Under the pieces are notes generated by a model that was not told the origin of the DNA, searched no databases, and saw only the letters and a program-made list of their open reading frames with translations. A program made the translations under genes and the position numbers. From assembly GCA_001949185.1 (NCBI GenBank), contig BDGG01000002.1, forward strand, positions 8,789,990-8,853,989: 64,000 bases of DNA, in the 5' to 3' direction. Shown here piece by piece: positions 25,522-37,458 of the stretch; the first letter of the stretch is position 1, and each line of letters opens with the position of its first letter. Source of the DNA: Ramazzottius varieornatus. Taxonomy: Eukaryota > Animalia > Tardigrada.

Positions 25522-28500
25522 CACTCGGAACACGGGGGGTACAACTCGCTTTCGCACCGCACAGTAACCGAGTTGTGGAAAATTTCTCATCCAAGTTATC
25601 TGGCCCATATTTTTGGTTTGCTTCAATCAACGGCATCCCTGTAGAACACATCTGGTAACCGATGACTAACAGTTACCCATAAATTAAAAAATTGAAGGAA
25701 GATCTATAGACAAATCGCGATTATCAGATAAATAGCGCCGCTACAGACTCACCACGTGCGGAAATAGTCCGAAAATAATCTAAAACATTCTTGGCACGAT
25801 TGTGTTCAGAATAGAAATCTTTGTGTCGTTGCGGTGACTGTCCTGTGGTCAGCAGCAAAATCGGAATTTATTTTTATCGATTCATTACTCAGCGCATCCT
25901 GTGACGTCACTGACGGGATGACTACTGGTGGCGCTGTCACTGCTACCAGATGAAAACTCCAAAATTTCATTCTTTGCGTTTTAGTGTGATACAGGTTGTT
26001 CTGCTTTCTTCATATAACTGTTCTTGATATCTGTTTCGGTTTACCGCTTGAGCATTAATTCAGAAGAAACATGTCAGCGAAACAGGAGTTGGCGACTGCG
26101 TTTGGGAATCAAGGGTATGTACAATTCAATCTGTTTCTCACAACTGTAATCGAGTGAAGCGATCTTGTTCGTCAATATAACCTGCTGACATGCTGATTCT
26201 TCCGCGAAACTTGGTACCGTTTATCGAAGCAGTCTCACATGGACTGGAAGGCAGGGAAGCTCGTTTCGCTATCTACGCTGTTTTGAGCAGTCAGATACTG
26301 GTACTTTTTTCTTTGAAACTGCGAGAATAAAATGGGCGTCGGGAGACTATGGCCTTACCGCTGTAATTACTGTTGTTTACTGTTGATGGAATGGCGCATT
26401 TCCGACTAATTTTTCTTGTTGATTGATAAGCTGCTACTTTATTCATTGATTTGGCATGGCAGATACAGTCTGGCTCAAAATGTCGGTGATGTTCTGACCG
26501 GTAATCTTCTGTTACCATCGTATTGTACTACTGGATTAGAGTTTACTGGCGTATAAAACGATAAAAACAGATCTACTCTTTGACAAGTGATCGAACTGTT
26601 CCGTTATTGTGGTGAGGATTGTATTTACTGCAAGGATACATCCTTCATTATCGCTTAGACTTTTTTTGCCCGAATCATAGTATGGACGTCGATGACGAGG
26701 ACGGTGTAAGTTCGGAGACCGGAAGCTGTGTGTCATTCCTTCCGGGAGACGATTCAGAATTGCTGGATGAGCTTGACTTGGTGGAAACCGGCGACGAGCA
26801 AACGGACACGGAAAGTGATGATGGCGACATACTGTAGCGAAGCTGGGCGAAACTGGACCTCATCTTAGTAGGAATGGTGCCGTCAAATGGGCTCGTTTTC
26901 CTACGGTCAGCGGAAAAGCTCGTTCAGTCAACCGAATGACAGGACCTGGAGGAGTGACTGCTCGAGCTCGATCCCAGGTATCGAAAATTACGGACAGTTT
27001 AGGCCTGTTTTTTACTTCTTCCATAAAAGATATTTTAATTCAATTCACGAACGAAGAGACTGAACTGCGATACGGGAAACAGTGGGCCCCTTTGGACGCT
27101 ACGGAGCTCGACGCTTACCTTGTTACTTTACTGATCCAAGGTGTTTATCATGATGGTACGGTACCTATTTCGGAGTTGTGGAGGGAGAGTGACGGGAAGA
27201 AAATTTACCAAGCTCGTATACCTCAAGAAAGATTCGCGCAGGTTACCTGCAGTTTACGATTCAACGAAAACCGTGCTCGTAATGAACGACTGAAGACAGA
27301 TAAGATGGCTCACGTGAGAGAAGTTTTCGATTTGTGGTCGGACCGTCTAAGAAGCTCCTCCTTTCCCTACCAACATATGTGTGTCGACGAACAGTTATTC
27401 CCTTTCAAAGGACGTTGCGGCTTCAAACAGTACATTCCAACCAAGCCTCGGAGTTATTACGACCTCTAGCTCTTCCTTCTTTTTTGCTGTCAAACCTCCT
27501 ACTGCTGCAACATACAGCTTTATACGGGAAAACCCGTAGGAGGAAAGGCAGAGAAGAACCAGGGGAAACGAGTGGTACTGGATCTTGTGGAACAACTCGG
27601 CAGTAGTTCAGGCCGGAATGTGACAACAGACAACTTTTTCATTTCTCTGGCCTTAGGCGAAGCTCGTCTAGAGAGAAATATATCTGTCATTATGAGCATG
27701 AGGCAGAACAAGCCGGAAATCCCATCCGCCTTCCTTGCTAGCAAACTGCGCGAAGTCTTCTCCTCGCAGTTCGGTCACACCTCAGGCTTCACTCTTGTCT
27801 TGTACGTTCCGAAGAAAGGCAAAGCGGTTATCCTCCTCAGTTCTATGCATCCCGACGCGTAAGTGATTCCATGACGTTGACACCTTTCGTCTGCTTGTCT
27901 TGTAGTGTACAGCAATGTTTGTTTTTAGCCGTGACGTCATACGTACCACTGGCGAGCGTGAGTTCTGAGACTATATCGCAAGCGACGTATGACGTCGGGT
28001 AAATTACGACATTCTGGCTCACCTATTAGCCCTTAGAATATTGCTGTCTGATGTCACAGTTCATTTCCTGTTTTTGAAGAAATGGACGAACTTTCCAACG
28101 AAGAACTACCGGAATTTGTCTATCAGTATCGATACCTTGGATCAGCTAACAGGAAACTACAGTCGTCGTCGTAAAACATGCCGTTGGCCAATGGCGTTTT
28201 ACGACCTTGTGGACATCTCTGCCCTGAACGCGTACGTAATCTGGTGCGAAGTCAATGGGGAGTGGAATCTCACATTACCAACGAGGCGTGGAATCTTCCT
28301 TCAGGAGCTGAGCAAGCAGATGATGAAACAGCAGCTTTAGCGTCGAGCGACAGTGCATTCATATCTTCGATGTTGCAGCAAAACGGAATTTCCATTCCTA
28401 TCGTTCACACTCAACTCATATTCCGTCAAAGAAATCAACCAGATGTCGGTATTGTCCAAGAAAATCTGCACGATGGACAGTGATAGTTTTTGACGTCTGC

Positions 28501-28811
28501 AACACTCGGGTTTGTGCTGGACATAGAATTACAAAGCAAACTGTTCTCTGTTTAGATTGTAGCAAGAAGAAGTCCAAGTGAAGTGTGAATAATGGTAAAT
28601 GAAATGATTTCAAATAAAGTGGCTGAAGCTACACCCGCGTCATGTGGCGCCATATAACGGTAGTTTAGTACGTCATCGCTCGCGGCATCATCTGGGTGCA
28701 CGGTGATTGGCCGGTCTCCGCCTCTTTCATTTTGCAACCAGTTAAAAACGTGCGAAACTCAGTTGTACCCTTCGCACTCTGCAGGTACGAAATTGCTTCG
28801 TGTTCAGAGTG
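25522..28811 (+). mobile_element. piggyBac-family DNA transposon, full length, inactive
   Basis: TTAA on both sides (25518-21, 28812-15); 13-bp TIR CACTC(G/T)GAACACG; inner IR GGGTACAACT..TTTCGCAC with asymmetric spacers (2 vs 28 bp). Confidence 0.9.
26682..28581 (+). pseudogene. piggyBac transposase, disrupted
   Basis: Acidic N-terminus; CVDEQLFPFKGRCGFKQYIPTKP; NVTTDNFF; DTLDQL..YS.RRKTCRWPM; C-terminal CRYC..C..H..CLDC. Stops (26835, 27467) and frameshifts; probable intron from 27859. Confidence 0.88.
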
Positions 28812-29383
28812 TTAACTTAAATAAGCAAAATTGGAATAAGACCCTACGGTCGATTTGAATTGGCGCATTAATGCCGCAAAATCACAAATTTATGTTTGCC
28901 AGTTAAATCTACAACTGTCAGCATTAAGCCCGCAGTACAATCCGCTAATTTGTTCCCGGATTTAGCGCATTCAGGAGCCAGCACATCGGGGCTTATTTTC
29001 GCAGTCTGGCTCTCACGACTGCGTATCATTGACCGTTGGTTTAATGAGGAGGTAAATTCGGAAAGTATCGCCGGAAGTGAAACATAGAGTTTCAAGTGAC
29101 CTTGTGAAACGATCAGAACTAATCACTGATCTGTCATTTCGAGACTGACATCTCAATCATCGTCAAGAATCAGAACAACAGAAAGCGGAAGTCCGATGGC
29201 AGAGGATGGTTAAGAAGCCTTTCTTCAGCAAATCTCCTAAAGAATCCGTCGTGGACTTAAATCCACCGAGAGTTCCGTGCCTTCACCGTCACCGTCTGCA
29301 ATGAGCTGAGCCTTTCTGTTGGAACTCCGAACGGTGGATTCCCAAATGTAAAGACGTCTGCAGGAGGAAAGAAGAAGTTCGTA

Positions 29384-30860
29384 CTATACTTGAAATTGAA
29401 ATAACCAAACGACGTCGTAATAACCCAAATAATTCGAATTGCTGCCGGAAGCTGAGTTTCGATTAATCGTAATCGTCGGGTCAGTAACGATGCACTGCTC
29501 TTCCATATGAGGGAAAAGGCCTTTTTCTGACCACTCTAAGTAGAGCGTTTTGGTCATCTTCCCGGATGTCGGAGCAGTGACATACAGATTATCAGCCTTG
29601 AACATCGTTCTCGACACGATTGGACCAAACACTCTTTTCTCTTCCTTCAGCGTTGGGAAAAGAACAGGAAGAAACGTACGCCTGCCCGGGGAGACCGCCA
29701 TCATCACAGTGTAGATATGTGTCATGGTATTCTCCGACTGGGTGATCGCTTCCACGTGTTTCACTCCAGCAGTTTCCAAAGTTCTTCCCGGTCTCATCTC
29801 ATATTCAAGGCCTGACTGATCCGCATTCCACAGACAGTCTAACCCGTACTGTGCGATCCTTGAACTGAAAAGCGAAACGCAGGCTTCAGCACTTTCCTTG
29901 ACGGGAGGCGCTTCTTGTATGCATTTCTTGGTGACGAACTTGGTTATTTTCCGGTCAACGATCCCATAATATCTAGAAAAAAATTAATTTCGTTTTTGAA
30001 GGAAATCGAAGCACAAAAAACTGTTGGTACCGTTTGAGTTTTCCGATCTAGTCTGGGGAAGCAGTGAAACCGGCCAAGTTCACCGTTTCGTTCGCAGGGA
30101 GAGCCCATCGACGTAAGTCCAAATCCTTGACCACTTGCTTTTTCCTGTTAGCGAGGAAGAACCGCTTACCGACATCCAAACGTAGAGCCTTCAACTCGTC
30201 CAGCCTGCAACCGCCTTCCACTACCTGCTTTTCTCAGTCGTACAGCTGCCGTATGCTGGTTACTTTGCCAAAACTTCTCTGAACAGTGGCCAACGTGAGA
30301 CGTTTCTCCAGTATGTAACCGCACGTTTCTTGTACTCCAAGTTGACTAACTGATCCACTGGAAGCTTGGGGTTAGGAAGTCGTGGGATGTATAGCTCATG
30401 GGAAGAAGGTTCAGTTCAGCTGGAAACAGGCTCAAGCAGTCTATCAGGTTCCGTATCAGGTCCGTCGAAGTCTGGTTCACTCCGGCCATTCAGCAGGTTG
30501 CACTGGACAACAGATGCTTCGTAATGTTCAAATGACTCGACGCGGATCTGCAGATCATACTGGAGGTCTTCTTCAACGGCATACACAGGAGTAACACTTT
30601 GGGTGATCTTCGAGTCGATGAAATCTAGGAAAGATTACGAATCAAATTAGTATCTTTTTTGTTTTTGAGCTCCAGTGCACAGCAAGAGTACCTTTAACTG
30701 TGTCGTTGAACTGCCTGTCAGCTTCGCTTGGAAAGTCGTCGATACAATAGTGCAGTTTGTAGTCCCATTCCAGCAGCTTGATAACATTCAGCAAGTTGAT
30801 GGATTCCATTTCAGAGAAGCGCAGGAATGAATGAGCAAATGAGAGAAGGTTGAAAAACAA
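29384..30860 (-). pseudogene. pogo-family (Tc4/Tc5-like) transposase remnant
   Basis: FTASPDWIGKLKR (CENP-B-type HTH), RKITKFVT, WNADQSGLEYEMRPGRTL, THIYTV, FGPIV..MF, SGKMTK; stops, frameshifts, truncated DDE end. Confidence 0.7.
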
Positions 30861-31389
30861 CAGAAAACTTGATGAGCAGGAAGCACAGGCTCAATCAACA
30901 ACCGAATCAACCATCGAACAATCAAGTCATTGTTCATTACTCTGCTTATATACCGCCCTACTTTTGACGTCACTCCCGAGTCTCTGTAGTTTGTTTCAGG
31001 ATCGACGCGGGATTTAGCTCACTGGCTCAGATCCTAGAAGAGACTCTCCTCTCTCGTTCCGCCAGGACAGTGACCAAAAAGAGGTGGGGACAGGCATAAT
31101 CCCCTCGTTAGTATTGCGGCTGGATTCTCTATTAATTTTACTGTCGTAGTAAAATAACACTGATGGCATGTCGTACGTGACAGCCGACAAAATCTCGATA
31201 TTAGGCTGAGAAAATCATCCGTCCACCGCTGGCTGTGTTGATGGCTGATTGAGTTCCGTAATTGATCAACGAAGAACGAAAACAAACTCTTTGTGTTCGA
31301 ACTTTCTCACTTCGCAGCTCCTCCCGAGTCCCCAAAACAAATTTAACCTTGCCAAGCACTTTGACACAACAGAATTTGCCGATTAGGAC

Positions 31390-32336
31390 ATGGATTCTGG
31401 AATGGCGGAAGATCTTGCCGTCAGCCCGGAATCGACGGTCGGGGTTGAGGAGATACCTCGGCCTGATTTGGACGAAAGCATTCCTCCTTCCGTAAGTGAA
31501 ACTATTCTCCATGGTCTGTCACTTCCACGCCCTATGATAGACGACGTTTCGGTATGTTGCAGAAATCTATGGACCGCTCACTGGAACTGAAGAAAGAGGG
31601 AAATAGAAAGTTTGGCAGCGGGGATTTCCTGGCTGCGATCGACGTTTACAGTGAGGCACTCGATATATGTCCAGAAAATCTAGAGACTTGCAAGCATCGC
31701 TCCATCCTTCTCTCAAACAGAGCCGCCAGCTACCTTCAACTTGGTATCAAGGAAAATTACGAGGCAGCAGTTGCGGACTGCACAACAGGTAGGAACCATA
31801 AGAGCGTACCTCACACTCACAGACCTAAGCTAATGCCGCGCACGACGTCATAAGCCTTGTATGTTGATAGCATATTATGACGTCATGAGCGAATTGCAGT
31901 ATGTTAGCTGGGCAGGCAGACTGCAGTTACTACACTTCCGGTGTGATGGTGCAACTACCGTAGAGGATGGTTCCGCTACGAAGTTGTTTGTCGTGCGTTT
32001 TCGCTAGGTTTGGAACTGGACCCTGATAACGTCAAAGCACGTGTGCGGAGAGCAAAGCTGAATGAACGACTTGAAAACTTTGACGAGGCTCTTGCTGACT
32101 ACAAGCTTCTGGCCGAGCGCGACAGGACCATTCCCGGGGTCGTTGAAGCGTGCATACGTCTGCCTCCGCTCATCGAAGAACGCAACGAGAAGATGAAGAA
32201 TGAAATGATGGGCAAACTCAAGGACCTCGGGAACCTCGTGCTCAAACCCTTTGGCCTATCGACGGATAACTTCAAAATGGAACCACAAGCATCCGGTGGA
32301 TACTCGATGAAGTTCGAGCCAGGAAAGAAGAAATAA
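31390..32336 (+). CDS. TTC1: Tetratricopeptide repeat protein 1
   Basis: Exons 31390-31491, 31563-31788, 32008-32336; three TPRs (LKKEGNRKF, LLSNRAASY, VKARVRRA); C-terminus EKMKNEMMGKLKDLGNLVLKPFGLSTDNF..GGYS. Confidence 0.93.
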
Positions 32337-32444
32337 TCTAACCATTTCAACCATTAGATTCGTATTCCCCCGTTGTATATGGGATAAACTTCGAACAGTT
32401 TAAACTGTACAGTCGGCCTTAAAGAATAAAAGGTAAAAAGAATA

Positions 32445-33600
32445 TCAGGCTACACGAGTGACCCAATACTGGGTGTTGTCTTCAACAGGAAAATCGTCAC
32501 CCAATGTTGCAGTTTCTTGTAGAAACCGGCCAGTGATTTTCTTTATCAGCATGACATCGCCATTAGCCTCTTCCGCATCACGAAACAGCAGATAAAGCAA
32601 ATTTTGGCTCTTTTCAAAGCCGGTGTATAGCCATATTCTGCCGTTCAGTCCGACGGCAGACTCGAAAGGAAACTTTGCACCCACTTCCATGATCATGGAG
32701 TGTTCGGCACTTCCTTCGGTCAGACACCTTAAAGATCAGACCGGAGCGGTTAGAACATCCGAGTCACTTTAGACTAGAAGTTTGCCGAACGTTACTGTAC
32801 CGTCGGACGAAAGAAAGCTTGGCTCTGTACAGCGCGCCTGTCCTTCGAAGTGGTCCCCAAAACTGCTCCTTGGTGTTGTTGCTGGTGCATGTCAGACGGA
32901 CAGGTCCGTCGACTGTTGTTTTCCGTACACGGCAGTAAACTAGATCGCCTTTCTGAAAAGAAAACCGTACATTAGAACGCTTCTGTCGCTTTTATGGTTC
33001 AATCGACCGTGTAAAGAACGACGCAACCTCCGGTCGCGCATAGCGTCATAGATCAACAGACACTAAACACAGAGTTTACATGACGTCATGGTTGATAATC
33101 TTACCTTTAGATTCGGCCGGTATCGTTTCGTCGCCCCTTTGAAAGCCAAGATGGGCAGGACTCCTGTCTGTCGGCTGGTATTTTTACCGAAATCAACCAT
33201 GTAATACTGTTCCAGCACTTCCTGGCCTCGTCTTCTGACCACCACACCCACGATGTCGTCGCCAGTGGCCGGCAGATACTGGAAGTAAAACTACCTGAAC
33301 CAAAGAGATATTCAACCCTGGAAAGAACATTCATGAATCATGTGGCTCGCTTACTGAATCGTCGCTTGTATCCAGGAAGAATGTGGCAGGAGGACGGTAG
33401 CGCAGGACACCACACCTGGTAGCAATGAGGTTGTCTGCCTCTTTCCGCACTCCAGGGCCGAGGAAGAGTGTGCGAGTGGAAATGGTGTCCAGACTAAAGA
33501 CGACATCGCCGGGAAAGCTCGTCTTCTGTCCTGGCTGCTCCCGGATAGCTGCAGTGTCCTCTTCCTGTTTCATGTCCATTTCTCTTTTCAGCAATGGCAT
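32445..33600 (-). CDS. EXOSC3: Exosome component Rrp40, divergent; start 33600 or 33579
   Basis: FPGD..LGPGVR, YLPATGDDIVGVV, LAFKGATKRYRPNLK|KGDLVYCRV, FPFESAVGLNGRIW; 4 exons. Confidence 0.88.
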
Positions 33601-33732
33601 CAAGCGCAATCGAATTAATTACCTCGCAGCGCTACGAAATCGTAGCGCACTAAAGCGTAGCGCACTATACCGGCTGCACGGCCGTGCTGTGAATAGCCAG
33701 CGTTTTTGACGATACGTACATGAGCTTAGCGG

Positions 33733-33752
33733 GTGAGTCATCGATGACTCAC
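33733..33752. promoter_or_regulatory. Perfect 20-bp palindrome with two AP-1-type sites upstream of EXOSC3
   Basis: GTGAGTCATCGATGACTCAC. Confidence 0.4.
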
Positions 33753-33811
33753 GATAGCCGTGAAGTAGTTTTAGCCGTAGCGCTCACCAACGCCGTAGCT
33801 ACATGATTGTA

Positions 33812-35553
33812 CAGTCCTACCTCCGAGATGTGTCAATTGCTTTAATTTGACCGAATCATGCAGATCACCGTATCGCTAACCAAAAACATGGCGGTCCATA
33901 GGGACTACAAGAAATTGTAGTTGATTCCCCATTCACTTGATTCGTTCTACTCGTGCAACAAGCACCGTTGCACATTTGACTGATTGCTTCTTTCTTAATT
34001 CGCAAGCAATCTCTCTCTTTACTCCTCAAAGCTTCCAGACATTGTTACTGTATTCCACCATGGCTACGCAGATGGAGGTTAACACGGCTGGACGAGCACG
34101 GAAACGTTTGACGCTGAAAGACAAGAAAGAAATCCTGCGACTGTATCCGAAGAAGGTAAGCCTGCGCTTGGCCAAAGTCATCGATTTCATCGTTCGAGAT
34201 TTTCTACCGTGCTGTTGTGATCTCGCGATTGGTTTCAGATGTGTTTGAATGAGGTGATGTGAATATTTAGTATCAAGTCTAAAACCACGGTGCGTCGATT
34301 GGACAAGAAGAGAGTTGTTTTTGTCAGCTCCAGAGGATGACAAAGCTCCGAAGAAGATCATCCCAATACGAAAGTTCGAAGAAGTGGAGAAAGCACTGCT
34401 GAAGTTTGTGGAGGACTGTCATGCGAGAGACATGCCGCTTTCCAGGAATGATCTGAAGCAAGAAGCCCTGGATATTGCGCAAAGACTGCAGATCAAAGGA
34501 TTCACCGGAAGTAACGGATGGGTACATAAATCGATGAAGCGATATGACCTCGGATCCGTCGTGCTGCACAGTAATGCTCTGGCTTTGAAAATGAAATTCT
34601 CTCCTTCTAATTTCTCTAGGTTTCGTTACTCATGTTATCAGGTGAAGAAGCTTCTGCGAGTCAAGACGTTGCTGACAGCTGGATATCCAACGACATCCCA
34701 ACCATCATACAGTCTTACAAGAACGAAGACATTTTTAACTGTGACGAAACTGGGACTCAGTATCGTGCTCTACCGAAGAAGACTCTGACGAAGAAGGGAC
34801 AGAAGAAGAAAGGCGGAAAAGTCAACAAAGAAAGACTGTCAGTTCTTTTTTGTTGCAGCGCAGCCGGAAAGAAATTGCCGCCCCCCCCCATCATTGGAAA
34901 TTCGAAGAAACCTCGCATCTTCACGAAAGCCAAGTTAGATATCCAGAAAGCGGGCTTCAGTTGGTACGCGAACTCTACTGCATGGATGAAGACAGGAATA
35001 TTTGAAGAATGGCTTACGAACCTCAATAACAGCATGAAAGCCCAGAAGCGAAAGATCCTGCTGCGTCTTGATAACTTCTCAGCCCATCGCGTCGATAGCA
35101 AGTCGAACGTCAGACTTGTATTCCTTCCACCGAACCTGACAAGCAAGGTTCAACCTCTCGACAAAGGCATCATAGCGTCCTACAAGAAGTACGAGCAAAG
35201 ATTCAAGGCTGAACATTGAAGAAAGAGCCTGTATAATTTCAGTAGTGCTTCTGACTATACGAAGTCTATCAACGTTTTGGATGCGGTCAAGTGGGTTGTC
35301 AGAGGATGGGCAGAAGTCAAAGAAAGCACTATTCGGAACTGTTTTAGAGCTGCTGGAGTGTACCACATGACTGAGAGAAGGTGAGTTCGTGATCTGAACT
35401 TCTGACTGTGATAGAATACTTGGTATTAAATGGCAGCTTTGTACTGTATGGCTAACCATATTTCGGGCGCTCTGGTTTGCCGTGTAGTGAACAGATGGGC
35501 CATTGCAAATAGGAATCAAGGGTTTGAATTGACACATCTCGGAGGTAGGACTG
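33812..35553 (+). mobile_element. Tigger/pogo DNA transposon with perfect TIRs
   Basis: TA|CAGTCCTACCTCCGAGATGTGTCAATT...AATTGACACATCTCGGAGGTAGGACTG|TA (27-bp perfect TIR). Confidence 0.93.
34060..35380 (+). pseudogene. Tigger-type transposase (psq-HTH, CENP-B HTH, DDE_1), intron-containing, disrupted
   Basis: RKRLTLKDKKEIL; FTGSNGWVHK; IFNCDETG; LRLDNFSAH; FLPPNLTSKVQPLDKG; frameshift near 34310, stop at 35217, orphan splice donor at ~35381. Confidence 0.87.
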
Positions 35554-35989
35554 TATTATTGTCAGTGCGGTGTATTGTAATGTTACAGTAGGTGTGCGGC
35601 TCGATTGCGCAAGCCGAAGCGTGTGTATCATCGTGCACTTGGTATGCTCTGTCCACAGTGCGAGCACGTTGATCCGCCCCCCGTTTCGAAAAAGACTGTG
35701 AAATACTGTGGGACTACTTTTTCGTATAGCTATAATCACGGCCCGGATGAGATTATGAGAAACACGAATGGGCTGAGGAATCAAGCAGTATCAATCAACC
35801 GTTGACAGTGTGCAGCATGATTGATTGAAGATAAGTTGACTGACTCGACAAGACGTTTTTTCGTTCAAAATTATTTTTCTTGTCCATTTATATGATATCT
35901 TGGATGTCGAAAGGAAAGCTGCGGCCTTTCGTCCTTGAGGGCTGATTGAAGTGCGAGTGTGTTACGGCAGGGTTTAAAAGGATTCGGGA

Positions 35990-37458
35990 ATGGATTTAGA
36001 CGATTTTCTGGAAGTGGAGCTGTCTACCATACCGCAGGTTGAAGATGTGGAGAGCGACACACGGTCGGAAGTCTCGAACGCCGATAGCATGGATTCTGAC
36101 GCTGCCAACGACTCCTCCGACGCTATCATGAGAGCGGCGGTTGTTGGAGTATCTAGGGAAAGTCCTTTCGTTAACACCCTGACCGAGTACGGTGAGAGCG
36201 GCCTCCATGCGTCGTCGCGCAGACGCTCTTCTCCTTGATTCGTTTTTTTCGTGGTCCATGACGTCATATCGAATGCACACAGAGACGTGGTAGACGCGCA
36301 ATGGCTTCCTTACGCCACACGCGGATTCACACGCCCACGGTGATGAGAGTCTTCGTTTCGTAGGTTCCTCGGGAATGGCCGCAGCAACGGCCATTCTCTC
36401 CGGCGCTCGCCGTGGTTCGTCCAAGGAGCATCACTTTGAAACCAACCCTGCCGTGAGACGACGGCATCAAACACGACTACTGCGGAAGATACGAGCACTG
36501 TGTCACGAATACAGTGCGCGTGTTGGGCAACAGGCAGTCTTTGTGGCGGCCCTGCCAGCCCAACAAGGCGACCCGGAAACTGAAACGTTCAAGATTGTCG
36601 GATCGAGCCCTTTCGATACTGTCGTAGGTTTATACTGTTCGATACTGTTTGTAGTGTATCGTGGTCATTCGCAATGGGCATGATTTTCTGCTTGCAGTTG
36701 AGGAACATCAGACAGAAGCTGATGATGGACCTCAACACTAAACTGACCCAGATTCCTCCTAGGAAGGCGCAAAGCTCAGGAACTCGTGAGGAAAGAGTAC
36801 ACGACAACAAAAGTACTGGACAGAATTCGGTGGATCTTCCTTGCTTGTTAGCGAATGGCATACCGGTTTCGCTGAACGACATGACACAAGCGATGCTGCG
36901 CAATTTCATTCCCGTCATACTGAAACGTAAGTGCCGCGTGGTGAAGCCAATAGCTGGTGCATACGGGATATATACAGTTTGACTGATTGCTACAGATTCG
37001 ACGGGTCGAGGTAAGGCAGGTTGGGGGAGGCCAAGCCTGATGCCGCTGTGGTGGCCGGAAGCCATCCTTCCCTGGGCTTCTGTCCGCAATGATACGCGAA
37101 GTACGGAACAGAAGCAAAGCCACAGCTGGACTTTCGCCCTGAAGGAATCTGTCAAAGCCTGCTACAATTATCACCATCAGGAGTACAAACTAGCGCCATT
37201 CCCCGCAGCGACAGAGCCGCCTGCTCGTCAACCGGAAGTGGCTCTACCACAGACCACCCACCTTCTGCCTAGCCGCATAACAGGTCGTTCCGCTAACCGA
37301 ATGACAGCTAAGTCTGTTAGGACAGTTGAGGGACGAGTGACCAATTGGGAAAATTTTCAGGTATGAATGGCGATGGATGCCAGACAGGCTCGGCTTTCCA
37401 GATGGTGGAGCCTTTGTTGACGGACCTTAACGGAGCTCTGGATACTAACGCTTGCTGA
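35990..37458 (+). CDS. NRF1: NRF1/erect wing family transcription factor, short and divergent
   Basis: GMAAATAIL..HHFETNPAVRRRHQTRLLRKIR..EY.ARVGQQAV; LP.L..NGIP.SL..MTQA.LR.FIP; STGRGKAGWG..P.WWPE..PW..VR.D.R; 5 exons. Confidence 0.88.

Larger units (their letters stand above)
24792..31231. mobile_element. Old hAT-like element hosting nested transposons
   Basis: 26-bp inverted repeats CAGCGATGGACGGATGATTTTCTCAG / CTGAGAAAATCATCCGTCCACCGCTG (1 mismatch); 8-bp flanks GCTGCGTG and GCTGTGTT (6/8). Confidence 0.6.

Noticed and set aside
31007-31075. tRNA-like start GCGGGATTTAGCTCACTGG
   Set aside because: No TpsiC arm/B-box or acceptor-stem pairing
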